A DNA stretch of 64,000 nucleotides from Salpingoeca rosetta (Eukaryota > Protista > Choanoflagellata), in contig JAWQFM010000009.1 of the NCBI GenBank assembly GCA_033442325.1, positions 675,597-739,596 on the forward strand, written 5' to 3'. Positions 1 through 13,316 of the stretch are shown piece by piece; position 1 is the stretch's first letter, and each line of letters starts with the position of its first letter. The notes below the pieces were generated by a model. That model saw only the letters and a list, made by a program, of their open reading frames with translations. It had not been told where the DNA came from and searched no databases. A program made the translations under genes and the position numbers.

Positions 1-114
1 CACATACACCACCCATGCACACGCACACACGCACACGCACACACGCACACATACACACGCACACATACACACGCACACGCACACCACACACCACCACCGC
101 AACGGTTAAGGCAC

Positions 115-1753
115 CTCTGTTGTTGAAAAGTCGAGGTTGCGGACAATGAGGCGTGCGTCCTTCTTCGTCGCTTCGGGAATCTCCGCCTTCTGCTTGGACT
201 TGAGGCGAACAGAGATGGTGCTGCCGTGCAGCTCGTGCTGGTCCAGACGCAGAACAATGTTGCGCATGAACTTGGTGGTCGCGTCAGTCGTGTTGGTGAA
301 TGTCACGTGCGCGGTGGTTTTGTCCACCATGGTGATCCCCTTGACTGTTCCATACTTGCGCATCTTCTGGAACAGCTTCTTCTTGTTTGTCTGTCGCGAT
401 AAGTTCTTAATGACAATGGTGCGCCTGTCTGCCTCTCGCTGCTCAAATGCCGCCTTCTCCTCAGCTGTCATTTCCCGCGGGACAGCCTGTGGCGTTGAGA
501 AGAGCAAGGATGCGTGCACACGTGATTGTTTCGTCATGTGTGTGTGTGTGTTTCGTCATGTGTGTATGTGTGTTTTCTGCGTGAGCAGGAAAGAACAGAG
601 ACGCACGGCCAGCACGCACAGCCACACAGACGTAGCCAAGCACATACACGTGAGCGAACATGCGATTGGCACAACAGCCCACCTTTTCTTTCTTCTGCTG
701 CTTCTCCTTTTTGTCCTTCTTCCCCTTCTTGTCTTTCTTTGTTGCCTTGGTGTCCTCTGCGTGCACTTGCGAGTGCGCCTGAAGTTCCGGCTCATCGCCC
801 ACCTCTTCCTCCTCCTTGATGTCTTCCTCTTCCTTGATGGCAACGACAGATCTGCGTGGAAGCATCGCCTTTTCATCCTCATCCAGCTCATAGTCATCAT
901 CGTCATCGTCACCGTCGTCGTCATTGTCGTCTTCGCTCTCTTCCTCCTCTTCCTTGGCCTGTTGGTGCTCTTCCTGTTGTTGAACCTCCTTTGCCATTGG
1001 CTCTGCTTCCTCGTACTTCATCTCCTGCATCTCCTGCTCCTGTTTGGGCCGCGGCGCAGGCGCGGGCTGTGTCGAGGGAACAATCCGTGGTGAGTGCAAA
1101 AGACGATGACGCGCCTCTCAGCTGTAACACAAGGGAAACACGCAGGAAACAGCGGCAAACACATTCAACACAGAAACCAGGCGTGCGCAGCGGAGACAGG
1201 GAAGCTGCGCACTTACGCCTTGAGCGCCTTTGCGGCGGGCAAACTGGACAGACATGGGTCGGCCGTGCAGCTTGTGGCCGTCGAGCTGCTTCTGTGCTTC
1301 CATCGCATCCTCGCGCATGCCAAACAACACATACCTACAAGCACGCAAGGAAAAAGCCGGTGTGGGTTGTATGTTGTATGTATCCACAGCGTAACGCCAT
1401 TCACGCAGGTACAAGCGATTGTGAGTTGGAGCAACTGTAAATTTGGGCGCGTGCACACAGCTTCGCTTCACACTATAATCGTTCCAGAAACACTCCCCAC
1501 GCACGCGCGCACACACGCACACACGCACACACACACACACGCACACACACACGCACACAGCAAGTGGCGGCTGGTGCTGGTGACCCATCAATATCGTACC
1601 CGAATCCACGGCTTCCGCCTTGCGGTGTCTTGACGATGAAACATTGCCGGACGGGCCCAATGTCGCTGAACACATTCTCCAAGTCCTCAGCCGTCACCCT
1701 GGCGTTGCGTGGAGCACACATGACATGAAACAAGACGCGCACGTGAGAGCACA

Positions 1754-1842
<89 letters not shown>

Positions 1843-2241
1843 TGAGTGAGTGAGTGAGTGAGTGAGTGAGTGAGTGAGTGAGGGGGGGGGGGGAGAGAGA
1901 TCACGTCACAAGTGCCAGTCTGGAACGGCACTGCTAGCAAACAGCTGCGGGTGCGCCCACGCACACGCGCCACCTGAGCGAGCAACAGGCGGAGCTCAAC
2001 AAACACAACCAGCAAACCAGTTGTACATCCAACAGCCAAAGCATCTTTACACTTCTCACACCCTTCTCACGCCCCCTCCCACCAGCGTGCTTCCACGCGC
2101 GCCCCTCAGATGCTGATCGCAATCGGGCGCAGCAACGTACGAGAAGGCGAGGTTGCGCACAAAGAGGGTGGCAACGGACATGTCCGTGCCTGATCGCGTG
2201 CCCTCTGCAGCGCGCAGCTTCCTCTGCCTGCGGGAAGGCAT
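115..2241 (-). CDS. RBM28: Multi-RRM nucleolar RNA-binding protein RBM28/Nop4 homolog, spliced, 3' part runs off window start
   Basis: ATG at 2241 (MPSRRQRKLR...ATLFVRNLAFS|..TAEDLENVFSDIGPVRQCFIVKTPQGGSRGFGY = RRM1 with RNP2/RNP1). It continues with an acidic linker, another RRM (RRTIVIKNLS...FTNTTDA) and KKDARLIVRNLDFSTTE, which resembles the start of an RBM28 RRM. GT donor at 114. Confidence 0.8.
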
Positions 2242-2477
2242 CGTGGCAGTGTCTGCTGGTGGTCTGTCTGCGGTGTGCTGGTTGGTTTGCTTGTTGGTTT
2301 GCTGTGTTGGTTTGCTTGTTGGTTGTCCTCTCTCGTCTTTTTGCTCACCAACCAATGTGTGCACGTGTGTTGTGTTGGTGTGTTGGTTGTTGGTGTTGCC
2401 GAATAGAAACTGGATTCAGTCCAATTGCTTGTTTGTAGACGATTTGTTTATGTTTTCATATAACAATCGACTGTGCC

Positions 2478-2612
<135 letters not shown>

Positions 2613-2778
2613 CAAGTTCTTCTTCGCAGTTTCCAGGTTCCCCTTGCACATACAATGGCTGACTCGAAGTCTGCCTGCACACACACACGCACATACACAC
2701 GAAGACACACACACACATCCACATACACAAAGACACACGCCGTAAATTGTCCGGAGAAAACGCGTCGGGAGTGGTTTG

Positions 2779-2792
2779 GCTGACACGTCAGC
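2779..2792. promoter_or_regulatory. Candidate UPRE/bZIP (XBP1/CREB3-type) element GCTGACACGTCAGC upstream of calreticulin
   Basis: Imperfect palindrome with a GACACGTCA core ~230 bp upstream of the ATG of an ER chaperone, plus a second TACGTCA at ~2823. Function is inferred. Confidence 0.35.
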
Positions 2793-3019
2793 GCTTGAGA
2801 GAGGATAATTGATTGAAAATATACGTCAACAATCGCTGGGGCCTGCAAAAAAAGCGTGGCACGCCCACCCTCACACCAAGCCCACAAGAGAAGCTGCCAG
2901 CACCACAACACACCACCAAAACACACACCCCAAGCAAGCTGGCTGCCAGTGGCTTGGCTATCGCTGTCGCGGGCATTCTCATCGACCCAACATCGCATCC
3001 AACACTCCAGCACCGCGTC

Positions 3020-3368
3020 ATGTACAAGCTGCTTCTTGCTTCGGCGGCGCTCCTCGTCGCCACGGCCTCTGCCGAGGTCTTCTTCCAGGAGTCCTTTGGT
3101 GGTGAGTGTGTGTGTGTGTGTCCATGTCTGTCTCTGTGTGTGAATGTTCTCGCTGTGCGCTGTGTTTGAGTTTTGCGAACCCCGCACTGCTATGCTCAGT
3201 ATGGTTGTGTTACATTAGCTTCACCCACACAGATGCATGCACACATGCACGCACACAAACACACACATGCACGCACTCATGCACGCACACATACACACAC
3301 ACACACATGCACTCATATGCAACCCCCCCCCCCTTACACGCTCACTTCTCCTTTCCCAAACACACACA

Positions 3369-3402
<34 letters not shown>

Positions 3403-4542
3403 AATGCAGATGGCTGGGAGGACCGCTGGGTTGTGTCCAAGCACAGCGACGACTATGGCAAGTGGGACGTGACGGCCGGAAAGTACTACAACGACGCCGA
3501 GGAGGACAAGGGCCTTCACACCACGCAGAACGCCAAGTTCTACGCCATCAGCGGCCGCTTTGACGACTTCTCCAACAAGGACAAGGAGCTGTACGTGCAG
3601 TTTGTGGTGAAGCACGAGCAGAACATCGACTGCGGTGGCGGCTACGTGAAGCTGTTCCCCGCCAGCCTGGACCAGGAGGACATGCACGGCGAGTCCCCCT
3701 ACAACGTCATGTTTGGCCCGGACATCTGCGGCCAGGGCACGCGCAAGGTGCACGTCATCCTCAACTACAAGGGCGAGAACGTGCAGACGAAGAAGAGCAT
3801 CCCCTGCAAGTTTGACGAGGCCAGCCACCTGTACACGCTCGTGCTCAAGCCCGACAACACGTACGAGGTCCGCATCGACGGCGAGAAGGTTGAGGGCGGC
3901 AGCATCGAGGAGGACTTTGACATGCTTCCCCCCAAGATGATCAAGGACCCCAGCGTGAGCAAGCCCGAGGACTGGGTCGACGAGAAGGAGATCCCGGACC
4001 CCGAGGACGAGAAGCCCGAGGACTGGGACCAGCCCGAGCACATCCCCGACCCGGATGCGGAGAAGCCCGAGGACTGGGATGACGAGATGGACGGCGAGTG
4101 GGAGCCCCCCATGATCCCCAACCCAGAGTACAAGGGCGAGTGGAAGCCACGCATGATCCCCAACCCAGAGTACAAGGGCGAGTGGGAGCACCCCATGATC
4201 GAGAACCCCGAGTACGAGCCCAACGACTCGCTGTACGCCTACGACAGCTTTGGCGTCCTTGGCTTCGACCTGTGGCAGGTCAAGGCCGGCACCATCTTTG
4301 ACGACGTTCTCATCACCGACGACAGCTCCGCCGTGGACGCCGCCGTCGAGCACTTCAAGCAGCGCGCCGAGGGCGAGGCTGCCATGAAGAAGGCCGAGGA
4401 GGAGGCTGAGGCCGCAAAGAAGGCAGCGGAGGAGGCAGCCGCCAAGGCGCAGGAGGCCGAGGAGGAGGACGACGAGGATGAGGATGAGGAGGAAGATGAC
4501 GAGGAGGAGGACGAGGACGAGGAGGCCCACGACGAGCTCTAG
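3020..4542 (+). CDS. CALR: Calreticulin (2 exons: 3020-3101, 3410-4542)
   Basis: Signal peptide [42 protein letters not shown] and MFGPDICG motifs, P-domain repeats (KPEDWD, GEWxP), acidic tail and C-terminal HDEL before TAG. Confidence 0.98.
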
Positions 4543-4691
4543 ACGTGTTGCTCATGGACGTGTCTTTGTGTTGTTGTCCAGTTTGTGTTTGCTTGTTTGT
4601 TGTCTGGCTGCCTGTTCATGTCTTGGCGATTCGAGGCGTTTTAGGCACTGCTTCGTCATTCCACGTATCCATCTGCAACCCTGTACTCTTT

Positions 4692-4743
<52 letters not shown>

Positions 4744-5514
4744 ATCCTTCACAGCTACACGCGCTGCGTGTTTTCGTGTTGTCTTTTGTCTGACACCTTA
4801 TACTCTGTGTCCTTGGTTGTGCCGTGGCCCGCCCATACATGCCCAAGCTTACAATTGCGAAGATAAAACGCGACGCGAAGAAATATGCTGGTGCATGCGG
4901 TTCTTTGTTGCTTGTTTTGTAACTGAGGAGAGAGGAGGGTCGCAAGCACACGTACTATCACATTGGTGTGATGCGTGTCAGGCAGGTGGGGTGCTGCTGT
5001 GACATGACCTGACGCCCTGACGCTACGCGTGTTGTTTATTGCTGTTGGCTTTGTTGCTGTTTGGCACGATGCGGGCACAAACGCGTGTGCGTGGAAGCAG
5101 ACACGTGATGAACGGCGGAAGCAAGGGGTGTGTGTGGGGTGGGACAAGGAAGAGCAAAAACAAAAGGGAAAAGGGACGAGATGCATGTGAGTGGGATTGG
5201 TTAACACAAGAAGAGAGGTGACGCAGCCGTGGCCAAACAGGCATGCGCGACAGCGATGAACGGATGGGCGAATGCACGACGAACAGTGGCGGTCAACGCG
5301 GCCATGTAAAGGAAAGAGGAAGACAGCACACGTGAATACAGCAATCAATTTTAACAACACGGGCATTTGTGCGTTCGCCAATGTAGAACGACAGCGAGGG
5401 AGCACCCCACATGGATGCAACAGACCAGGAAAAAAAAAAAAGAGGGTCATTTCAAAGCAACCAATACGCGCCGTGTGTGTTTGCAAATGTGTGTTTGCAA
5501 ATGTGTGCAGTGGC

Positions 5515-6622
5515 TTAGAGAGATGTCTGCTCTGTGTGTACAGAGGCAGTTGTTGGGGAGGCAGTTGTTGTGTCTGGGAATGCGTACTCTGGAGGAAGAG
5601 CGGAGGACATGAAGGCCTTCACTTTGGGGTAGATGATATTCGTTTCACTGCCGGCAAACCGCTGCACAATGTGTTTCTCCCTGATGTCATCATCACAGGC
5701 AGCAGGAGAGATGAATGGTGGGTGGGGTAGCGAACGGACTTGGGGAAGAAGAGGAGGGGGGGGGGTCGAAGGGGAGAGACGGGAAAAGGGAAGCAGATGA
5801 AGCAACGCACACATGTACACTCGCACACATGTACGCACGCACACACACACACATACACTGCAGGAGAAATGCACGCATTTGGCACCTGTAGAAGTCGAGG
5901 ACGGGCTCCGTTTCGCGCGAGTACGTCTCCAGCCGATCTTTCACCGTTTCGGGCTGTTTGTGGACACAACGCGGGTGGTGAGTGATTGATTGGTGGGAGA
6001 TGACAGTGGGAGATGAAAGAACGGAAGGAAGACAGAGACCTCATCGAGAACATTCATGAACGCGAGGTTGAGATGAAACTTCGTGAACATGCACAAACTC
6101 CCAAAAGCGTTGGTGGCGTCATACCTCGTCATCTGGGCGGCGCTGGAGTGGATCGCCCGTCTCGTCGTCGAGGCCCTGTTGGTGATGGATCGAGTAGAGG
6201 AGGGGCAGTTAAGACCGAAAGCAAGGGAGCAAAGGGAGTTGCGGACGTAAGCAGAGAAGGCACGGGAGGGCACAGAGCAAACACGCGACTCAATTGCAAG
6301 CTGCATGAGCGCACAGTTCTCAGTCAGGGTTAACCAAAGCAGACCCAGGTGCAAACCATGCACAAGCTGTTGCACACGCGTGCGCAGGACGCACGTCGAC
6401 TTTGGGTGGGTTGAACGAGAGGTTGTAGATGCGGCCAGAGGGCGGGTGGTAGAGGCGCTCGCTTAGCCTCTGCACGATTGCGTCAAAGGGAACGTCAATA
6501 TGAAGCACGGCTTCCGGCGGTGCAATCTCGTGCAGGGCTTCAGCCTGCGACCGTGTTCGAGGATAACCTGCAAGGAAAAACGCAAGGAAGGGGTGGGGTG
6601 AATACATGTGTGTGTGTGTGTT

Positions 6623-6677
<55 letters not shown>

Positions 6678-6745
6678 TGTTTGTGTCTGTGTGTGTGTCT
6701 GTGGTGTGTTTGTGTATTTGTGTGTGTTTGGTGTGTTTGTGTATT

Positions 6746-6780
<35 letters not shown>

Positions 6781-7411
6781 GTCTGTCTGTCTGTCTGCGT
6801 ATCTCTCCCTGTGTATGTGTGTTTGTGTATGGACAATAGTGTCACGTCAGTGATGAAGCGAGAGGGAAATACAGGGTTGCGTACCATCGAGGATGAGTGG
6901 TTTCGAGCAGAGGGTTTGCATTTTCGCGCGAAGCAAGTCCAGAACAACCTTGTCTGGTACAAGCTTGCCACTTTGCACCAAAGCCTCGACCTGTTTTCCA
7001 CGCTGTGATGGCGTAGTGCACACAAGCGTCAACCGAGTGAACCGAGTGAACAAAGCAAGGCGAGGCCAGGCGCAAGGGTTGCGTGTGTGAGCTTCAACTC
7101 TGAAACCAACAGCAAGACCAACAGCAAGTGCCAAACCAACAGCAGGTGTCAAACGACCGCAGGGATAGCATTGCACTGCACCATCAAGAACACACCTCAC
7201 ACCATCAATCCATCAACCACCACAACCCAAGATAATCGCGCTGCACCTCTGTCTTGGCGGCGATTTCTTGGCGGATGAGATCACCTGTGCCAACCACAAC
7301 CATGCCAAAGTCATCGACAAGGCGATTGCATATCGTTCCTTTGCCACCACCTGGTGGCCCAATGATCACAAACCGAGATGCATGCCTCACACTCCGCCAC
7401 AGCGCTGCCAT
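5515..7411 (-). CDS. AK3: Mitochondrial GTP:AMP phosphotransferase, adenylate kinase 3/4 type (multi-exon)
   Basis: P-loop IIGPPGGGKGT, TGDLIR, GKLVPD, ILDG|YPRT, LID RLYHPPSGRIYNLSFNPPK, QRRPDD..PETVKDRLETY, and last exon FAGSETNIIYPKV. Basic N-terminus is consistent with a presequence. Confidence 0.92.
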
Positions 7412-7701
7412 CGTAGTCGGTGGGTGGATGATGATGGGAAGAAGGGGGTGATGAGAGGAGGTGCAGGGACTGTGGTGGACGTCTCTTCAGAAGAAGAAAT
7501 GGAAGAAGTTGCGCTGTCCGTCCTGCCTGCCTGCGTGTTGTGCGTTGTGGGGATTTGCTATTTCATGCTGTCGTGTGCCGTTTGTTTGGGTTTGGCGGGT
7601 TGGCTCTTGTTGTGGACCATCTCGTCACTGACCACTGGCATCACTCGCTACTCATCACCGGCATCTCACATCCACTGACACCGCCCCACTGACCAACCGG
7701 G

Positions 7702-7860
7702 ATGACGGACAGCGAGGCCAAGACGCGGGGGCGGGAGCCGCTGCCGTTCCAGTCGAGACGTTCTCCAGTAATCAGCATGCGCGGTTGTGCAGCTTCCACA
7801 CAGCCCATTGCAAGCGCCATTGGAACGCGGTGTGTGTGGATGTGTGGATGTGTGTGTGGA

Positions 7861-7891
<31 letters not shown>

Positions 7892-10120
7892 GTGCGTGTG
7901 CGTGTGTGTGTGTGTGGATATGTGTGTGTGTGGATATGTGTGTGTGTGGATATGTGTGTGTGTGGATATGTGTGTGTGTGTGTACACCTGTATCTGTGGG
8001 TGTGTACACCTGTATCTGTGGGTGTGTACACCTGTACCTGTGGGTGTGTACACCTGTACCTGTGGGTGTTTACACCTGTACCTGTGGGTGTGTACACCTG
8101 TACCTGTGCGCGTGGTGCAGCTTACAGATATGGATCGTTTCAGATGGACAGTACCCCATGTTAACACCAATGCATCCCGTTGTCCCTAATCATAATCACA
8201 TCACACCTGCCTCAGGATCTTGCAGCAAGGTGGCAATGCCGCTGATGCGGCAGTGGCAATGGCCGCAGCCCTCAACGTTACCGAACCATGGTGAGACACA
8301 CATGCATCACGCTGGACTTCGTTTCCATTGGCCTTGTGTGCTTTCGCCATGTCAACCACATGCACGCTCACTACACGGCCGCCGTGGTGCAGCTCCACCG
8401 GCATTGGAGGGGATTGCTTCTGCCTCTATTTCGATGCAACAACGAAGAAAGTCCGCGGACTCAACGGATCTGGACGCTCTGCCGCAGCCACATCCCTCGA
8501 GCATGTGCGACAGCTTGGACACACAGGAAGCAAGGTGTGTGTTTGTGGGCAGGGAAAGGGGTTATGGCTGTCTGTGTGTGCCTGTGTCTGTTGTGTGTGT
8601 CTGTACCTGTGTGCGTATGTATGTGCCTGTGTGCGTATGTATGTGTGCGTATGTATGTGCCTGTGTGTGTGTGTGTGTGCCTGTGTGTGTGTGTGTGTGT
8701 GTCTGTGTCTTTCCGCCCTTTTTCCTGTCCCTCCATCAATCCGCTTGCTGCATTGCTGTCTCACCTCTGCGCTCACCGCACGGTTGCCTGTGTTGTCGTG
8801 TTGGCGCAGTTGCCTGCCGATCATGCCCTTTGCGTGACCGTTCCTGGAGCAGCGGCTGGGTGGGTCGACACCGTCGAAGCTTTTGGCACCATGTCTCTAC
8901 GGCAAGTACTGCAGCCGGCCATCGACCTTGCAGAAGAAGGTGCTGTGGTAGCTTATGCTCGTGCTTGGGTTTGAAAAATGCCATGCTACTCCTCAAACAA
9001 GCCTCACACTGGTTTCCACGCCGTCCGAGCAACACGGCCGTCCTTGGTTGCGCACACACACACACACACACACACGCACATACACACACACACGCACATA
9101 CACACACATACACACACATACACACACGCACACACACACACACACGCACGCATACGCACGCATACGCACGCATACGCACGCATACGCACGCATTGCAGGT
9201 GCACCGATCCACCACATTACGGCGCATGCGTGGACGGGCGGTGCAAGGAAACTGCAGCGTGATGACAACCCGCACGGGGGCGCGCTGTTGATGAGCAACA
9301 GGGAGGCGCCAAGCGAGGGCGAAGTGATGGTTATGAAAGACCTCGCAAACACATTCAAGTGAGTTGCGCACTGGTGGCGCCTTTGTTGTGATGCTGCACA
9401 GCGCACAATAGCTGCCTAGCGTGTGTATGCAAGCCTGTCTGCGCGCGGGGGAGGCGGGAGAAGTGTAGGTGTGGGTGTGAAGGGAGGCATGTATCTTGTC
9501 GTCTTGCGTACGTTGCACTGTGAAACATCACTGGCTGTGCTGCGATCCCCAACACAGTGGTCTCAGCAGTCTGCTCGTACTTGCTTTCATCACAACTCGC
9601 GCAAACCATACCATGCACACTCGCCTCACCAAACCATACAAACCCAACCTGCCCCCCCCCTTGTCAGGCTGCTTGCTGAGCATGGTAAGGCCGGGTTCTA
9701 CGAAGGCCGCGTTGCCGAGGCGATTGTCGATTGCGTGCAGGGACATGGCGGCCTGCTGACGCTGGAGGACCTCAAGGGCCACATGAGCACCTTCGACGAC
9801 CCAATCAGCGTCACCTTCAAGGGGAAGACGGTGTATGAGATGCCGCCAAACGGGCAGGGCATCACGGCATTGCTTGCCCTCAACATCCTCAAGCACGTGC
9901 CAGACCTGCATCGGCTTGAGCACAACAGCGGGCCGTATCTCCACCGCGTGATTGAGGCGCTCCGGCTGGCGTTTGCAGACAGCATGTGGTTTGTGGCTGA
10001 TCCCGCCACCGAACACGTCCCCATCACCCAACTCCTCTCAGAGGTGAAGCGGTTTGCCTATTATGTGTGTGTGTTGGGGGGGGGGTGTCGGTGTGTGTTT
10101 GTTTGCTTGTGCGTGCGTGC

Positions 10121-10204
<84 letters not shown>

Positions 10205-10332
10205 CTGTGGAGGTTGCAGCAGCGCTTGGCCTGCGTTGTGCTGTTTTATGCGACTTCTGCTTGTTTCGAGGTCACTGCCCGCCCTCCCCTCAACTGTTCA
10301 TCGTCGTCGTCATCATCATCATCATCATCACC

Positions 10333-10398
<66 letters not shown>

Positions 10399-11077
10399 TT
10401 GGTCGTGGGTGTAGGAGTATGGCAAGGCGCGGGCGCAGCTCATTCATCCGGACGGCCCGACGGCACCCGACGTCAAGCGCGGAAACCCGTTTGCCAGCAC
10501 TGACACTGTCTACTTCACGGTGTGTGTGTGTGTGTGTGTGTGTGTGTCTGTCTGTCTGTGTGTGTGTGTGTGTGTCACTATTGCGCTCCTGTGGACCAAA
10601 TGCGTCATGCTACATGCAATTCACCCGCCCTCCACATACACACACACATGATGGTCCTGCGGCAGGTGGTGGATGCGCAAGGCAACGCGTGCTCGTTCAT
10701 CAACAGCAACTACATGGGATTTGGCACTGGATACGGTGGGCAGGGGTGTGTTTGTGTTTGTTTGCTTGTTTGCTTGTTTTGTGTGTAGGCGAAGGAGTGA
10801 GAGGGTGTTTTCACTTGTGTTGTGCGCTTGCGTTTGATGACGGGCTGCACACGAGAGAGTGCGTCCACGTGTCTCGCTCACCATGTGTGCGTTGTCGATG
10901 ACTGTGACCTTCCGTGTGCGTGTGTGAAACTGTTTGGCCTGGGGCTGCTGTCGCACATGCAGTGCCGAAAGCGTGCGGTTTTACGCTGCAGAACAGGGGA
11001 CACAACTTTATTCTCCAAGAAGGTCTCTTGGGTGTGTGCGTGTGTGTATGTGTGTGTGTGCGTGCGTGCACGCGCGC

Positions 11078-11135
<58 letters not shown>

Positions 11136-12256
11136 GTGCGTGTGTGTATGTGTGTGCGTGTGTGTGCGTGTGTGTATACCTGCCCCCTCCCTACCTCTCT
11201 TTCATCAAGCTCATTCGCCCCTTGTATGAATGTACTGTTTGTTGTCATCAGGCCACCCCAACTGCCTTGCGCCACGGAAGCGGCCGTATCACACCATCAT
11301 CCCCGCAATGGCGACAAACATAGACGACGGCTCCCTCTACGCATCCTTTGGTGTCATGGGCGGCTTCATGCAGGTGTGTGCGGGGCCGGAGGGGGAGGGG
11401 GTTAAGTGTATGTGGAGTGTGTCTGTCTGTCTGTGTGAGAAAGCAAGTGTGTGTGTGTGTGTGTGAACGGATACCTTCATCGTTTGTTTCTCCTCGCCTC
11501 ACATGACCGCATGACCACGTGGCGCTTTGCAGCCTCAGGGACATGTGCAGGTGCTGCTGAACATGCTTCTCTTCGGCATGGACCCGCAGCGTGCACTTGA
11601 CGTCCCCAGGTCACGACCGCTCCATGTCCATGTGTGTGTGGGTGTGTGTGGGTGTGTGTGGGTCCGTGCGTCCAACTCCTCACCTGTCATCAACCCGTCT
11701 GTCTATCTGTCTGTTGGTGTCACAGTCATAGCACTCAACCCTGCCCGCTCCTCGCCATCGCTCCCCAAACACACACACACACACACACACACTCACACAC
11801 TCACACACACACACACACACACACATATTTTGCGCGTCGATGTTCAGGTTCTGCATTGGTCCCGGACACGAGGGCGTTGACTCCGACATCTGCGTGGAGG
11901 ACGGCGTGGATGAAGTGAGGGACCGTGGTGGTGGTGGTGGTGGTGGTGGTGGTGGTGGTGGTGGTTTGTGATAAGCGTGTGCCATCTCGTTCACGACAAA
12001 ATGAGACTAAACCACACACACACACACACATGTACACACATGTGCATTGTCTCGCGACACAAATGCAATACACCATGTTGTGTTCGCAACACCATCTCGT
12101 TGCCAGGAAGCGGTTTCGTGGCTCTCGCGCGTGGGACACCCCGTCTCCGTTACGCGCGGATACAGTCGTGCGCTCTTCGGCCGCGGACAAATCATCCAGC
12201 AGGTCTTTGTCTGTGTGTATGTGTGTGTGTGTGTGTGCGTGCGTGCGTGTGTGTGT

Positions 12257-12346
<90 letters not shown>

Positions 12347-12548
12347 GCGTGATGAAATTGCGCTTTGTTTCGAAGCCCATGGCATCAATGCATACTCGCA
12401 CTCAACTACGCCTTCACATCACATTGTCACCATCACCACCGCTGCCATGCTGCAGGTGACGCGAGCTGACAGCACGGGGCGGGCACGGCGTGTGTTCATC
12501 GCCGGCTCTGATCCGCGTGGCGACGGCTGTGCACTTCCCGCGGTTTAA
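7702..12548 (+). CDS. Gamma-glutamyltranspeptidase (glutathione hydrolase), bacterial YwrD-like clade, many exons
   Basis: [47 protein letters not shown], nucleophile segment DTVYFT|[59 protein letters not shown] and stop at 12546-12548. Confidence 0.93.
7981..8108. repeat. 22-bp minisatellite (TGTACACCTGTA[T/C]CTGTGGGTG) x ~6 in GGT intron 1
   Basis: Units start at 7981, 8003, 8025, 8047, 8069 and 8091 with no spacers. Confidence 0.9.
10310..10397. repeat. (CAT)n trinucleotide microsatellite in a GGT intron
   Basis: Read directly. It produces spurious poly-H/I/S ORFs. Confidence 0.9.
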
Positions 12549-13073
12549 TAGCGCACGTGTGTGTGCTTTATGTTTGTTTGTTTGTTTGTTTTTTTGCTTG
12601 CTTTTGTTTGCTTTTGTTTGCTTGCTTGGGTGTTTTGGTTTGTGTTCATCTTGTGTGGCTCGCGTGGCCGCGCCTCTCTTTCCTCCCCACCTCCATTGAC
12701 TCGTCTGGCCATACAGGCATTGGCGTAGGAGGTGGTACGTTTACTCTTCGTCGCTGTTATGCACATGGCGAAGTGGGTCTTTCGATCGCTTTCACCATTT
12801 CAACTAAACAACACAAACATTCAATACCAGACACAGCAAGCGCTGCACGCATGCACACATTCGCTCACAGAGAGGCGGGTGGACAGAACGAGGCGCAGGC
12901 ACACTCTATCATGTGCACGCCATCATGTGCATGCCATCGTGTGCATGCGCGCAAAAAAAGCAAAACAAACTAACAAACCATCACAGGCACATAAGTGAGG
13001 TTGCTACATGGCTGCGCGTGGGAACTCTGCAAGCATGGTGTTCACCACACTCTTCTCGTGCTCCAATTGCAGC

Positions 13074-13262
13074 CTACAGCGACACGTGTGATGGTGTTGG
13101 CCAATGCGGTGTCAGTGGGCGGGAGCGGCAATGGACTAGAGGGCCGCGAGCCACGACGGTGGCACTACAGAGAGATGGATAGAGGGACAGAGGGATACAG
13201 AGGAAGGGAAACACACAATCACACGCGATGGCACCATCACACGAACAAGCAAGCAAACAAGC

Positions 13263-13316
<54 letters not shown>

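Noticed and set aside
3334-4530. 398-aa antisense ORF over calreticulin
   Set aside because: Shadow ORF caused by strong C/G third-position bias. The sense strand is clearly calreticulin.
7981-8108. 22-bp repeat array as a CRISPR
   Set aside because: Units are contiguous with no unique spacers, lie in a spliceosomal intron, and have no cas genes nearby.
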